A DNA stretch of 61,961 nt, filler included, from Stramenopiles sp. TOSAG23-3 (lineage: Eukaryota): the NCBI GenBank assembly GCA_900128585.1. It is 6 parts of 6 records of this genome, joined end to end, with 100 filler letters (N's around TTAATTAATTAA, not from the genome) between each part and the next. Parts side by side here need not be neighbours in the genome. Positions count along the whole stretch, not along the records: positions 20,725 to 30,974 come from LT642834.1; positions 31,075 to 41,315 come from LT642835.1; 4 more parts are not named here. One strand, given 5' to 3'. Both the position numbers and the translations under genes were made by a program. The notes beneath the pieces were generated by a model that was given only the letters and a program-made list of their open reading frames with translations, was not told where the DNA came from and made no database searches. This document shows positions 21,092 through 31,631 of this stretch, piece after piece (the first letter of the stretch is position 1; each line of letters begins with the position of its first letter).

Positions 21092-24000
21092 ATGGGGCCG
21101 TTTTTTGTCCACGCGGGTTTTCTGGCAGTCCTCTTTTGTGGTCTCCTTCAAACGACTTTAGCCGGGAATTCTTTTGTAATTTCGCAGTACGATCTTACAT
21201 GTCTTGCGGTGACTGGGTTCAAAAAATTTGCGTTTGCGGGAGGTAGCACCAGACCCCTCTGGAAAAGAGAAAATAAACAAGTTTATAGAGACGAATTCGC
21301 GTCTTGTTGCGACATACCTACGTACTTCCCTGTCCAATTTAAGAGACTTAGTATGTTTTCTTATGGAGATGATACTGGGTATGGCGTTAATGACACAATC
21401 CGAATAGAGCTGCTATTACCCCCTCTTATTTTATCAGGCCAAACTATTCCTTACAAAGTATCCCAGCCTCAGCTGGACGAGTGGATCCAGGCGACTAGCC
21501 CAGTGGTGGGAAGCCAAAGTAGTGTGGACATCTCCCTGGGGAAAGCATATACGGGAACGTTCGTGACCAACACTACGCTTGAAATCAGTATATTGAACAC
21601 TACAGGGGCATCTCAGGTTTTGTTAGACTATGGAGAAGACGCGCTAAACTTCCGAGTTAGTGGCAATTTATCAGATAGTGTGGGGGGTATCATTTATGGG
21701 GGTGGGGCGACGAAAGGCAACGCAACTTACTCGAATACGATCGGTTGTGGTGAACCGGGTGAACGAGCAACTTCTCATTGCCGTGTCAATATTAGTACCT
21801 ACCCAAAACGAAGACCTTCCGGGTTGAGGTCATCGTTTATTACGCAGAGGAATGGTTCTTTTGGCGCATTTCATGTGAAGCGAGTCTTTTTATCGCACGG
21901 GGATCAATTTGATGGAAGTGAGAATTGTACCGTTGACAATGCACAAGTTTATTTCAACATTATGTTTAGTCATACTTTACGAAGAGATGGCGGACTTAAT
22001 AGAAATGTTCTGCTGTCAAAAACGAACATTTCTGGTTTACTTGATTTTAAAAGGCCCCATTTGCTTTCGGCGGACACAGAGGGGGAGTTTTTGGATGTTT
22101 ACATGAACGATTTGGTGCTCCTTGACTTAAGTAAAGTTGGAAACTTAATTTTCACCCCAGCGACCATCCCGAGGCCAGGCAACCTTTTTCTTGAACGCAT
22201 CTCGAAATTTAACCCCCTAACGCTCTTCGGGTCTGACATTAGTTTTATTGCTTTTGGGGACAGTTGGGGAGACGGTGATCACGATCGAGCTGTACTGGTT
22301 CGAAACCAGAAATTGGAATTTTTCAATATCAGCTATTTTTCTAAAACATTTTCTGTGGTAAATGATAGCACCACCCTCCAATGGTTTAACCCAGACAATT
22401 TGAACCCGGCCGCTCTTGTGAACGGTACAGTCGCTGTTGGAGGGGTTTCGGGATACGACAATATAATTGCTGTTGGGGACCAATATGGAAGAATAGGGTT
22501 CTGGAAGAACTTACATTCTCCAGTTTTATTGAAGACAATGTTTTATGAGTTACCTGATATGCCATTCGCCCGTTTTTCCACCGTAGCGGTGGGGCACTTG
22601 CATGGATCGACGACCGTGCTAAGCATTTTGGTAGGGCATGCAAATGGCTTGCTGCGATATTTCTCTTACGACGTTACCGATACGTCCGATCCAAAAGTTT
22701 CTACCACTCTGAAAGAGCACGTGGGCACGCACATTTTTTCGATGTTTAACGGAACAGGGATAACCAGGCCTTCGTTTTATGATTTTGACGACGATGGTGA
22801 TTTAGACTTGATATATTCCTCTGTTTCTCAAAAAGACGCTACCTCATATTTTGAAACCCTTGAAAACGTTGGTGGCCAATCAAATCCGGTATTTATTCAG
22901 ACAAAGAAACGATTCGCTATCCACAATATCGCTGGCTTGAATAGAATGTATACACCTTCTTTATTATCAGCTATCCCCCTCAACATACGGAAGCGTACAG
23001 TCATGCAATTAAAACACTTAAATATGACTACTTTGATGTCCACAACAGACGTCGATGTTAAAGTCAAAACAGCCGTTGTCAACTATCAAGACTTGTCGAT
23101 TGCCCGACCCGGGTATTCCAGGCATTTGAAAAATACAATTCAGAACATACAAATCGTGAACCCCACTGCAGACATTGTCTCGATTGTAGAAGGTGGTGAT
23201 GGAAACCTCTACCCTGTGGTGTGTTCAAGTGCACCTTCTATTGGTGATACATTGCAGGTGCATAAATTTCGGTTGTATTTCAATAAGCCCGTCGGTAAAA
23301 ACAGTTTGGCTGTCCAGCATAATATGATGTCTGTTAATTCCTTGTTCTCTTTTAATAAAAATATTGGCTCGGATTATTCAGGTACCTGGTTGAATGGATT
23401 CACGTATGAAATAAACATCAACGATAGAAGTCAGCAAGCAATCGATGTACGTGGAAGGCTCTCGGTAGCATTTGTGTGGCCCCATCACAATAACCTGACA
23501 TGTGTAATTTCTAATCGTCAGCTAAACAACTCACAGGGGCCTATCTTTTCCTACCCTCTCTCAAAGTATGTAGAACGGTTTGAAGTGTTTGGGACCAATT
23601 GCTCCCTAAATAAAGGCTCGCGATTAAAAATTACCTTTAACAGAGAAGTTGTTCAACAAGATGTCTCGAGTTTTGAAAACATTTCCAATTTCATAATGTT
23701 CTCTCCAAATTTGGGGGCAAACTATACCGGCTCATGGCTAGAGATAGTTCGGGATGAAGCTGGAAAAGGGAAATCAACACTGGAAATTACCATTGACCAC
23801 GTTCACACACACAAGGATTCTCTTGAAGGTTTGAGGGGGATTTTTGTTAACAACAGTTTACAATTGGATTTACCGGTAATTAACCAGACCCTTCCGAGCT
23901 GCAACTGGGTGACTGGAGCCACACCTTTAGTCAAAGGCTCTTTTACCCTTATTCCCGATGTGACTGACGTTCAGATTAAGCCAGGTGATAATAAAGGAAG

Positions 24001-27000
24001 GAAATATGGAGCTGGTGTCTACATAGACATCACTGTATCAACTGAAAAGACCCAATACGAGGTGGGAGAAGAAATTCCAACGAAAGAGGAAATTGAGAAG
24101 CTTTTCAAGCCTAACATAAACATCGGAGAAAGCTATCGCGGGGTATGGATCATGTATAATATGTTTCGCATTATAATCGAAAATCCAGAAGGTCACGATT
24201 ACCCCCAACCTGGAAATTTATATTTTACCACGCATGACGCGCTAAAAGGTAAGGCGGCGAACGCGAGTGTGGTTTGCAGTGCAAGCGACAGGCAAATTTC
24301 ACCACACGAACGGGTTTATGCACAGGGGGATTTTGCAGGGGCGTTAAGGATAGTGTCAGCTGTCGCAGTTGACGGCTGTACTCCTTTAGAATACGGTATT
24401 GGGGATAAGATAGAAATCACGTTGTCCCAAAGTGCGATGGAAGATATTACTGGTCGCCCAGCGATGGCCAAGGGGAGGCCGCAGTGTACCCTAGAAAACT
24501 TTAACAATCTGGGAATGTCACAAAAGTATGCGTGTCTTAAGCTGGCAATTTATGATTTTTTAAAGCTCGAAAGTGGAAGCAACGCTGTTTGCGTTGGATA
24601 CATATCCTGGTTGCAGTGGACAACGCTTAAGACCTTCGTTATTTTCATAGACGACCCACGTGACGACTGCACTGGAATGGAATTTGCCGTTCCAGAGTAC
24701 GTAAATGCACTTGCTCGAACCAACACATACCCTCCAGAAGTCATTGACGATGACGCAACGTCTATTTACACGAAAATGATACTTGAAGACACCGGTACAA
24801 CAGACAGTAAGTTTGCTACCAGGATAAAACTGAATGGTAATTTTCCTGGCAAAAGTTTGGGCTTTGCTGATTTACGCGGAAAGTTTACTGGCGGTTTTGC
24901 GGTAGAGGTCCCCAACGCTAAGCATGTCATAATAGATTTAAAGGTTTTGTATAGCCTGGTTTTAGAAAAATTGGCGTTACAAGGAAGGGGGTTTAAAGTC
25001 TTTATTCCAAAAACCACAGCCCGAGAGTATGTCACCACCGACAAGGACAAGATCTTATGCTGTGGGGAAATAGCCGGTTGCGAATGTGAGGCATTTGACA
25101 ACGAAGATCAATTTGATATTTTAACTTCGAATTTGATCTTGTGTATGGACAATTTAGATTGCCCCAGGGAGTTGATACCATATGTAACGAAAGCCACAGC
25201 CCAAACTGGTAATGTAGAGATCCAGGAAAATTGCAACGACATTGGCGGAACGTGCCTGATGGGCAAAGAAGCAACAACACGGGTTAGCAGCGAAATATTT
25301 TTTCTGCAAGCATCATTTGGTATTCCGCGCGGACTTAACCCGGAAGGGGAGGTAATACAAGATAAATTGGGGGGGGGGGTTGTTGCCCATTTTTACAACA
25401 GGATCGCAGGTGAATATAGTACTGAAGTTGGTTCTATAGGGTTCATCACAAGCATTAAGCCTTCAAGAGCAGATTCAGGGGTCCCGATCCCGCTCACAAT
25501 AACGGGCACCGATTTTGACAATAATTGGAAAACGGGGGGATATACGTGCCACTTTGTAGACACAGTAGGAAATGTTGAGATTACCGATGCAACCGTCTTT
25601 GGCACTAGAACATTAAAATGCAGCACCCCAGTTTGGCTATACACTTCTAGAAACGTGAGTGTTATCGTCTATAGATTTGGGACTAAACTTCAGACGGGGT
25701 TTTGCGATGAAAAAATTTGTAAAACTACGGACGGTTTGATAACGGTTTTGCCTAATATCCAACTCTTTTTTTACGAATCTTCGGAAAGTTTTACGATTCC
25801 AAACGCGACGATCACGGGTGGCGTAACATACGTCAAAGGAAATGGTTTCAATACGACTTCACGGGATTATCGCTGCAGATTTCAATTTGGAAATAAATCC
25901 ACGCACTTTACATTATCACCGCCTGCATTCCCGTTATCCTCCACCCACGTTGTTTGTGTATTTCCACCGTGGCCTTTTGAGCCTGTTCAGGTTGAAGCTT
26001 TGCTGCTGCACCACAACACACCCGTACAAAAACGGGACGCATCGACTAAACAAAAATTTGCGCTGCGGGGTGCATGTTCATTGTCGGAACAGGGCAGTGT
26101 GGCTTTCGTGATTGGCATTGGCATCAAGGCGCTTCATTTTGAACACCGGCTAACTGTCCTATTTGAGGACGAGGCAATTTCCTTCAATGCAACATTTAGT
26201 GATGATGATGTAAAATTGTCGGTTGATTCCTTAATACTGGGCACAGTGATCCCCGGTCTTCTAACCTCAGAGATAACATCTGTGGAAGCAACTATTCCAG
26301 AGGGGGTGTCAAAAATCTGGTACATAGCCTACAGAACAACAGCAACGGTTTCCTTGGTCCCAAAGGTCAGCATACAGCCTTTTGCAGACCCAAATATTGC
26401 AATTTCGTATGTATTTGTAGAGAATGGGTTATTTTGGCCCTCTAGTTGCATTTTCTGCCCCCCGGCCATAAAATCAGGTTGGTCGTACGCCTGCCTGCGA
26501 TCATCCGAAGACCGGTTTAAGTGTTGGGGGGATAATGGGCAAGGGCAGGTATTTCCATCTGTCAACCCCGTAATGATGCCCAGCAAACGCCACTGGGTGC
26601 CTTACAAAGAAATTCAATGGGACTCTTTCTCTCCCGGGTATACCCACACATGTGGGATTAGGGCAGGCACGGGCGAGGCGGTATGTTTCGGTCTAAAATA
26701 TCCTGGCCTTCAAATCAAATTGGAAGCCCCCGCAGAACTATCGTTCTCTTCTGTGTCCACTGGTGCATACCACACTTGTGGTGTCACTGTCGATGGCCGT
26801 GTGAGCTGCTGGGGTGAACAGCTACATGGAAAGTCTACACCCCCAAATTCGACGTGTCATAGAAAAGAACTCGGGTTCATGTCGTCAAGTGCTGTATTTG
26901 TAGATCCGAAGACCCTTGCATGTACGACGGTAGAAAGAGATGATATAACGTACATTCGGGTCGAAGCTTCAGCATCCCACAGTTGTGCCATTGATGGCTT

Positions 27001-28375
27001 AGATGGCGCGATGATGTGCTGGGGGAACAACGCAGATGCACAGCTCGGTATGACTGATTGCCCTGGCAGTGAATTGACAAGATTTGAAAGGTCCTGCGCA
27101 CGAACAACCGGGCCGTTCAAAGATTTGGGATTAGGTCCCACATACACCTGCGGTCAGTTCTTTGATGGAACAGTATTGTGTTGGGGACAAGGTATGGCCT
27201 CGTACTCTGTTCCTACCCATTCCTTTAGAACGATATCTTATGGTGGAAAGCATGCATGTGGTATCATTGAAAAGACTTCAAAAATTGAATGCTGGGGTGC
27301 GAACAACTTTGGACAGGCTATGGTTCCCGCCGACAATGGGTACGTTGAAGTCAGCACTGGTGAAAGCCACACATGTGCAATAAAAGGTTTGAGTCTTATC
27401 GACCCTTTGTTTGGACATGGAATTAAAACAGTCATCTGCTGGGGTACGATAAATGGTGTGACCCTTCAAAGCGGGGTACCGAATTGGCGAGGCTATGGCC
27501 TCGAAGATGACCCAGGGCATGTAACTGTATTGTCGCAAGCGGTAGGAACAGGGGAACGGTTTATTGAGCTTTGCTTCCCCAAGATAAAAAAAGAGATCTG
27601 CAACAATCATAACAAAATCTATGAACCTGGTTTTCGTCGTTGCGCTACTGTCAACGGGTGTGGAAATAAATTTTATTTTGCAAATGAAAACTTTCAGTAT
27701 CGCTTGCACTCTAATGGCCATGAGTTCGTAGGCGAAGAGGAAGGATTGGGCACAGTGCCCTCTAAATCGGGCCGTATGTCGTCTCCGAATAGTTTTATAT
27801 ATGTTAATCGATTTCTTAACGCGCCAGGGCTGCTTCAAAATGCCTTCTGCATCGATTTTTATAGCGTGCAAGTCGACGATTTTGGGGGTACCAAGCGTAA
27901 CTCGACCATTGCGCATGGCGAAATAAGTGGCCCTGGTGGGCTCAAAGTTAATATCTCAGTCAATACATCATTCTCTGCGATGTCTATACAGCAACAAAGC
28001 CTTCAAGGATATCTAAGGACACAACTTCAGCACCAAACGTTGGATATTCATGTGCTGGGCAGGCTTTGGTGCTTTAACAAAATGCCTGATGAAACCCAAG
28101 TATACTTTCGGTCTTACTTTGTTTGGAGGGTTGGTGAAAAACGGTACAATTGCACTACAGATGAAAGAACAACAAAATCGAAGGCAGTTATTTTGGAAGC
28201 CAACAGCGAATACAGGGCTATTGGTGCTCAATTATTGGACTATCGAAGTTCGTATACTTTCTTGTTGTTTCTTCTGTCTATATTACTGTTGCTTCCTCCC
28301 ACGTCTTGGGCTGAAAGATTGCTGTACGAAGCGAACAAGGATAATCTGGATAGATCTGTTTTATCATTTACTTAA
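21092..28375 (+). CDS. Giant cell-surface protein (repeated beta-rich domains, FG-GAP-like motif, two IPT/TIG-like domains, RCC1/crinkly-like repeats, C-terminal hydrophobic anchor)
   Basis: About 2430 aa uninterrupted; signal peptide; DFDDDGDLDLI; ITSIKPS...LTITGTDF...YTCHF; about 7 repeats of GxxHTCG...CWG; many NxS/T sites; TFLLFLLSILLLLPP near the end. Confidence 0.85.
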   Translation: MGPFFVHAGFLAVLFCGLLQTTLAGNSFVISQYDLTCLAVTGFKKFAFAGGSTRPLWKRENKQVYRDEFASCCDIPTYFPVQFKRLSMFSYGDDTGYGVNDTIRIELLLPPLILSGQTIPYKVSQPQLDEWIQATSPVVGSQSSVDISLGKAYTGTFVTNTTLEISILNTTGASQVLLDYGEDALNFRVSGNLSDSVGGIIYGGGATKGNATYSNTIGCGEPGERATSHCRVNISTYPKRRPSGLRSSFITQRNGSFGAFHVKRVFLSHGDQFDGSENCTVDNAQVYFNIMFSHTLRRDGGLNRNVLLSKTNISGLLDFKRPHLLSADTEGEFLDVYMNDLVLLDLSKVGNLIFTPATIPRPGNLFLERISKFNPLTLFGSDISFIAFGDSWGDGDHDRAVLVRNQKLEFFNISYFSKTFSVVNDSTTLQWFNPDNLNPAALVNGTVAVGGVSGYDNIIAVGDQYGRIGFWKNLHSPVLLKTMFYELPDMPFARFSTVAVGHLHGSTTVLSILVGHANGLLRYFSYDVTDTSDPKVSTTLKEHVGTHIFSMFNGTGITRPSFYDFDDDGDLDLIYSSVSQKDATSYFETLENVGGQSNPVFIQTKKRFAIHNIAGLNRMYTPSLLSAIPLNIRKRTVMQLKHLNMTTLMSTTDVDVKVKTAVVNYQDLSIARPGYSRHLKNTIQNIQIVNPTADIVSIVEGGDGNLYPVVCSSAPSIGDTLQVHKFRLYFNKPVGKNSLAVQHNMMSVNSLFSFNKNIGSDYSGTWLNGFTYEININDRSQQAIDVRGRLSVAFVWPHHNNLTCVISNRQLNNSQGPIFSYPLSKYVERFEVFGTNCSLNKGSRLKITFNREVVQQDVSSFENISNFIMFSPNLGANYTGSWLEIVRDEAGKGKSTLEITIDHVHTHKDSLEGLRGIFVNNSLQLDLPVINQTLPSCNWVTGATPLVKGSFTLIPDVTDVQIKPGDNKGRKYGAGVYIDITVSTEKTQYEVGEEIPTKEEIEKLFKPNINIGESYRGVWIMYNMFRIIIENPEGHDYPQPGNLYFTTHDALKGKAANASVVCSASDRQISPHERVYAQGDFAGALRIVSAVAVDGCTPLEYGIGDKIEITLSQSAMEDITGRPAMAKGRPQCTLENFNNLGMSQKYACLKLAIYDFLKLESGSNAVCVGYISWLQWTTLKTFVIFIDDPRDDCTGMEFAVPEYVNALARTNTYPPEVIDDDATSIYTKMILEDTGTTDSKFATRIKLNGNFPGKSLGFADLRGKFTGGFAVEVPNAKHVIIDLKVLYSLVLEKLALQGRGFKVFIPKTTAREYVTTDKDKILCCGEIAGCECEAFDNEDQFDILTSNLILCMDNLDCPRELIPYVTKATAQTGNVEIQENCNDIGGTCLMGKEATTRVSSEIFFLQASFGIPRGLNPEGEVIQDKLGGGVVAHFYNRIAGEYSTEVGSIGFITSIKPSRADSGVPIPLTITGTDFDNNWKTGGYTCHFVDTVGNVEITDATVFGTRTLKCSTPVWLYTSRNVSVIVYRFGTKLQTGFCDEKICKTTDGLITVLPNIQLFFYESSESFTIPNATITGGVTYVKGNGFNTTSRDYRCRFQFGNKSTHFTLSPPAFPLSSTHVVCVFPPWPFEPVQVEALLLHHNTPVQKRDASTKQKFALRGACSLSEQGSVAFVIGIGIKALHFEHRLTVLFEDEAISFNATFSDDDVKLSVDSLILGTVIPGLLTSEITSVEATIPEGVSKIWYIAYRTTATVSLVPKVSIQPFADPNIAISYVFVENGLFWPSSCIFCPPAIKSGWSYACLRSSEDRFKCWGDNGQGQVFPSVNPVMMPSKRHWVPYKEIQWDSFSPGYTHTCGIRAGTGEAVCFGLKYPGLQIKLEAPAELSFSSVSTGAYHTCGVTVDGRVSCWGEQLHGKSTPPNSTCHRKELGFMSSSAVFVDPKTLACTTVERDDITYIRVEASASHSCAIDGLDGAMMCWGNNADAQLGMTDCPGSELTRFERSCARTTGPFKDLGLGPTYTCGQFFDGTVLCWGQGMASYSVPTHSFRTISYGGKHACGIIEKTSKIECWGANNFGQAMVPADNGYVEVSTGESHTCAIKGLSLIDPLFGHGIKTVICWGTINGVTLQSGVPNWRGYGLEDDPGHVTVLSQAVGTGERFIELCFPKIKKEICNNHNKIYEPGFRRCATVNGCGNKFYFANENFQYRLHSNGHEFVGEEEGLGTVPSKSGRMSSPNSFIYVNRFLNAPGLLQNAFCIDFYSVQVDDFGGTKRNSTIAHGEISGPGGLKVNISVNTSFSAMSIQQQSLQGYLRTQLQHQTLDIHVLGRLWCFNKMPDETQVYFRSYFVWRVGEKRYNCTTDERTTKSKAVILEANSEYRAIGAQLLDYRSSYTFLLFLLSILLLLPPTSWAERLLYEANKDNLDRSVLSFT

Positions 28376-28428
28376 GTCGAGAAGATTGATAGACCCAGTT
28401 TTTTAAATTTCGCCGCAAATTATTTTTA

Positions 28429-29047
28429 AGAATAAACTTAAATAACAGCCAATTTTCTTGTTTTTAGAATAAACTTACATGAGAATGATACTCAAGACGA
28501 AGTGACAAAAGGTGTAAATATATTTTTATTGAGAAAAATTTGGCTGTTATTTTATATAGTAATTAAAATTAAATTTGATTAGTAAAATCTCAGGAGCAGA
28601 GATAAGTTCGCAGTATAGTGAAGACGAGATAAATTTAAACTCTAGTTCCTTATACTTCAGTTCGTCATCGCTAACCGTTAAAAACAAAAAAATGGCTGTT
28701 ATTTTAAGTAACATAATTAAATATTTATCTTCCTCGTGTACCGCGAAAATAAATGTGCTCCTTTTGTCCATTAAAGGTTTACGTCCTTCATGCACTGCGA
28801 ACTTATCTCTGCTCTTGTGGTTTTACTAATCAATAAACCCTTGTTACTTAGTCTTGACTATCATTCTCAGATGTACTCCATGCATTTATCCGAATCGGTA
28901 GGTGGATTGGCAATGCTTTCAAATGACCCGTAGTCAACTTCCTCATCCAGTGCTCACTCATAGATGAATCAGTCCTTGTGTGGTTTTCCAAGCAGCGGCG
29001 TAATTGTTTTAGAGGTGCTCGTTGTCTGTCTTGTAAATCAGTCAAGG
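28429..29047 (-). mobile_element. Dispersed repeat family, composite copy (forward fragments 28429-28640 plus long reverse copy 28678-29047)
   Basis: The reverse complement reads cttgactgatttacaagacagacaacgagcacctctaaaacaattacgccgctgc...gagaatgatagtcaagactaag...aataacagcc, closely matching the 19 kb copy. Confidence 0.8.
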
Positions 29048-29176
29048 GATTGTCAGGGTGACTGATCCACGTATAACCGTTACACGAGAACACCTTTTTG
29101 TTTAATGATTGGGTATGCTTTATCGTAATAATTCGTACGTGTAATTTAATTCCAGTTTCTTCGGATGCTCTAAATA

Positions 29177-29974
29177 TCATCGACCGCTGCGGCGGTGTTT
29201 CTTCTTCAGTTCTTCGATTTTCTTCATCAACGAGTTGGTCGGGCGAATTGTCGATGCCATCTGACCTTTCCGAGACTGAGATCTCATTGTTGATTGGTAA
29301 AAGACAGCAGTATACCTTTCTCCATCGAAAGGCTCAGTCCAATGGGGTTGGAGCTTACCGTTAAAAGTCACAAAACGGCGAAAACAATCAAAATGATTTG
29401 CAATTCCGCCACCAGCAGGCTCGACAGCAAGTTTTCCACCCTTGTAACAGCCGAAACCAACAATTAATGATTTCCCCTCGTTGCCTTTGTCTTGGTGCCT
29501 CTTGCACAATAGATTTTTGTTTATTGTGATGTTTGTGTAGACATGGTTTGGATCGTATGCTCTTACTAATGCTTTCAACATTGAATATAAAGCTGGATAA
29601 GCGTTGGAAAAATAGCTGAGGTCCCCATTCGGATCCTTCATGTTCGGACCAAAGATAAAGGAGTGGCAGTAACGCTTCTTCACTCCTCCTTTCCGTGTAA
29701 CCGTGGGCGCGTCCTCAGGCAGAACATTTAATCTGCTACAGTTAATTACCTCCTTCCAGTCTACGTCCCTAAATAGTTTCAGTATAGCATGGTGCTCATT
29801 CTCATCCACATCAAATACCCCGCCCCCTTCTTTCCGTTTATTACCCGTTGGATACCGAACATGTTTTTTTTCGAATCCACCAGATGCCTTTTTTCTCCGT
29901 TTCTTTTGCTTTTTTTTGTCAGACGGACAACGACCGTCAGACTGTCTTTTCTTTCCGTGAACTTTTGTGCTCAT
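29177..29974 (-). CDS. 2-oxoglutarate/Fe(II) dioxygenase, TET/JBP-like motif pattern
   Basis: YTNITINKN...RHQDKGN (HxD), GCYKGGKL, PHWTEPF (distal His), ERYTAVFY (2OG-binding Arg); basic NLS-like N-terminus. Confidence 0.75.
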   Translation of the reverse strand: MSTKVHGKKRQSDGRCPSDKKKQKKRRKKASGGFEKKHVRYPTGNKRKEGGGVFDVDENEHHAILKLFRDVDWKEVINCSRLNVLPEDAPTVTRKGGVKKRYCHSFIFGPNMKDPNGDLSYFSNAYPALYSMLKALVRAYDPNHVYTNITINKNLLCKRHQDKGNEGKSLIVGFGCYKGGKLAVEPAGGGIANHFDCFRRFVTFNGKLQPHWTEPFDGERYTAVFYQSTMRSQSRKGQMASTIRPTNSLMKKIEELKKKHRRSGR

Positions 29975-30776
29975 GCTGCTAGACTTCTTTACCTCTATTA
30001 AATTGTTAAACTCTTTCTCGTATTCTGCGAGAGTGGTTAAACGAAAAGACAGTTTAATCGTTTAACTTTTGAAGGCCTATTGTCGCACTATCATTATTTC
30101 CAAAATCATGCATCCAACTCATACTATCATGCAACAAGATTAAATTCATGTTTGCTCTTCTTGTTGCTTCTTTTCGTCGCACAATATGTTCTCGACAAGA
30201 ATGAGAGGAGGAGGTGGGGTCTTCAAAAAACTATTAGTGATAATAATAGGGTTGATGATTTTGATCGCTCGTGGCTCCAGTAATAATTTAAGGGGTATAT
30301 TTAGTAATTAATAATTTGTCGCTTCGAACATATTGTTTGAAGGAGGTAGACTATTATATTCGTATATTATTATCAGTGTTTACAATGAATTATAAAATCT
30401 AAAATATATATACCTTAATTATAAAAGAGACGATAAGTATATAGTTGATAAATAACGGATTTGTTTTTTTCACTGTTTGATGCCATGATAAATATTACAA
30501 TACCAGGTACTTGGTTATATATTAATATTATTACTCTACCGTACATGGGTGGTGGATGTGATCAAGTTGTCGATGTGATGCTACTTTTTTTATTTTTACG
30601 TTTATATGAGATGAATCGTCGAGATAGACGAAGACGTGTAAGAAAATACACGCTAAAATAATCGAGCATGTGTGCTGATAGAGCGTGCAAGTGGTGTTTT
30701 TAAAAGGCGTGTTCTGCTCTGTCGAATTTGGATTTGTCGCCAAAAAGTGCAGTTGTAGGAAACGTGACGGTCCGTG

Positions 30777-30935
30777 ATGATAGCTGAATTTATAGAAACG
30801 CCGCCCAACTCCGGGCGCTTCTCCAGCAGAGGCAGCAGTCGGGGGCGACTGCGAACACTGGAAACACCGCCCCATTCTGGGCGGTTCTCAAGCAGGGGAG
30901 TATGCGAGTATGATCACAAAAGTCCGCAAATCTAG
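30777..30935 (+). CDS. Possible first exon or short ORF near the contig end
   Basis: 52-aa ORF in GC-richer DNA with an internal duplication ETPPNSGRFSSRG / ETPPHSGRFSSRG that differs mostly at synonymous positions. Confidence 0.35.
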   Translation: MIAEFIETPPNSGRFSSRGSSRGRLRTLETPPHSGRFSSRGVCEYDHKSPQI

Positions 30936-30974
30936 ACGACTTCACTTATATCAGTCCGCGTATTTAGAAAACGG

Positions 30975-31074
30975 NNNNNNNNNNNNNNNNNNNNNNNNNN
31001 NNNNNNNNNNNNNNNNNNTTAATTAATTAANNNNNNNNNNNNNNNNNNNNNNNNNNNNNNNNNNNNNNNNNNNN
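30975..31074. other. Artificial contig-joining spacer
   Basis: N44-TTAATTAATTAA-N44. Confidence 0.97.
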
Positions 31075-31075
31075 A

Positions 31076-31139
<64 letters not shown>

Positions 31140-31152
31140 AAAGAAAGAAAGA
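31075..31152. repeat. (AAAG)n microsatellite at contig start
   Basis: Nearly perfect AAAG run; probably the cause of the assembly break. Confidence 0.95.
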
Positions 31153-31631
31153 ATCATCATCATCCACCCTCCTCCTCCTTCTTCTTCCTATTTCTTCCTT
31201 CCTCTTCTTTCCTTTAATCAATCATCTTTTATCATCATATTATTAGATATCATCATCTCAACAACACCAATAATAATAAATAATAATAAAAAAATCCACC
31301 ACCACCACCACCACCAAGAAGAAGAAAGAAGAAGAAAGAAACACAGAAGAAGAAGTAGAAAAAATTATAAAAACCAAGAAAAAGAAACAAACAAACTAAC
31401 ACGCAAATGAAAGAAACAAATGAAAGAAAGAGAGAGAGAAAAAAGAAGGCATAGAATACAGGAGGTGTCTTTCAATAATATATATACATATTTATATATA
31501 TAGAGAGAGAGACAGATAGATAGATAGATAGATTGTGCGTGGTGAATACTTCTTCTCTCTTGTTTTGTCTTTCTCCCTCTGCGTCTATTTGCGTCGTCGT
31601 AGGGTTCGGCCCCCTCCCCTTCTCTGGTAGG

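Noticed and set aside
28848-29180. 110-aa ORF overlapping the oxygenase stop (ATGA), suggesting translational coupling
   Set aside because: Most of it is the dispersed repeat core, whose frame is broken by indels relative to the other copy; the overlap is probably chance.
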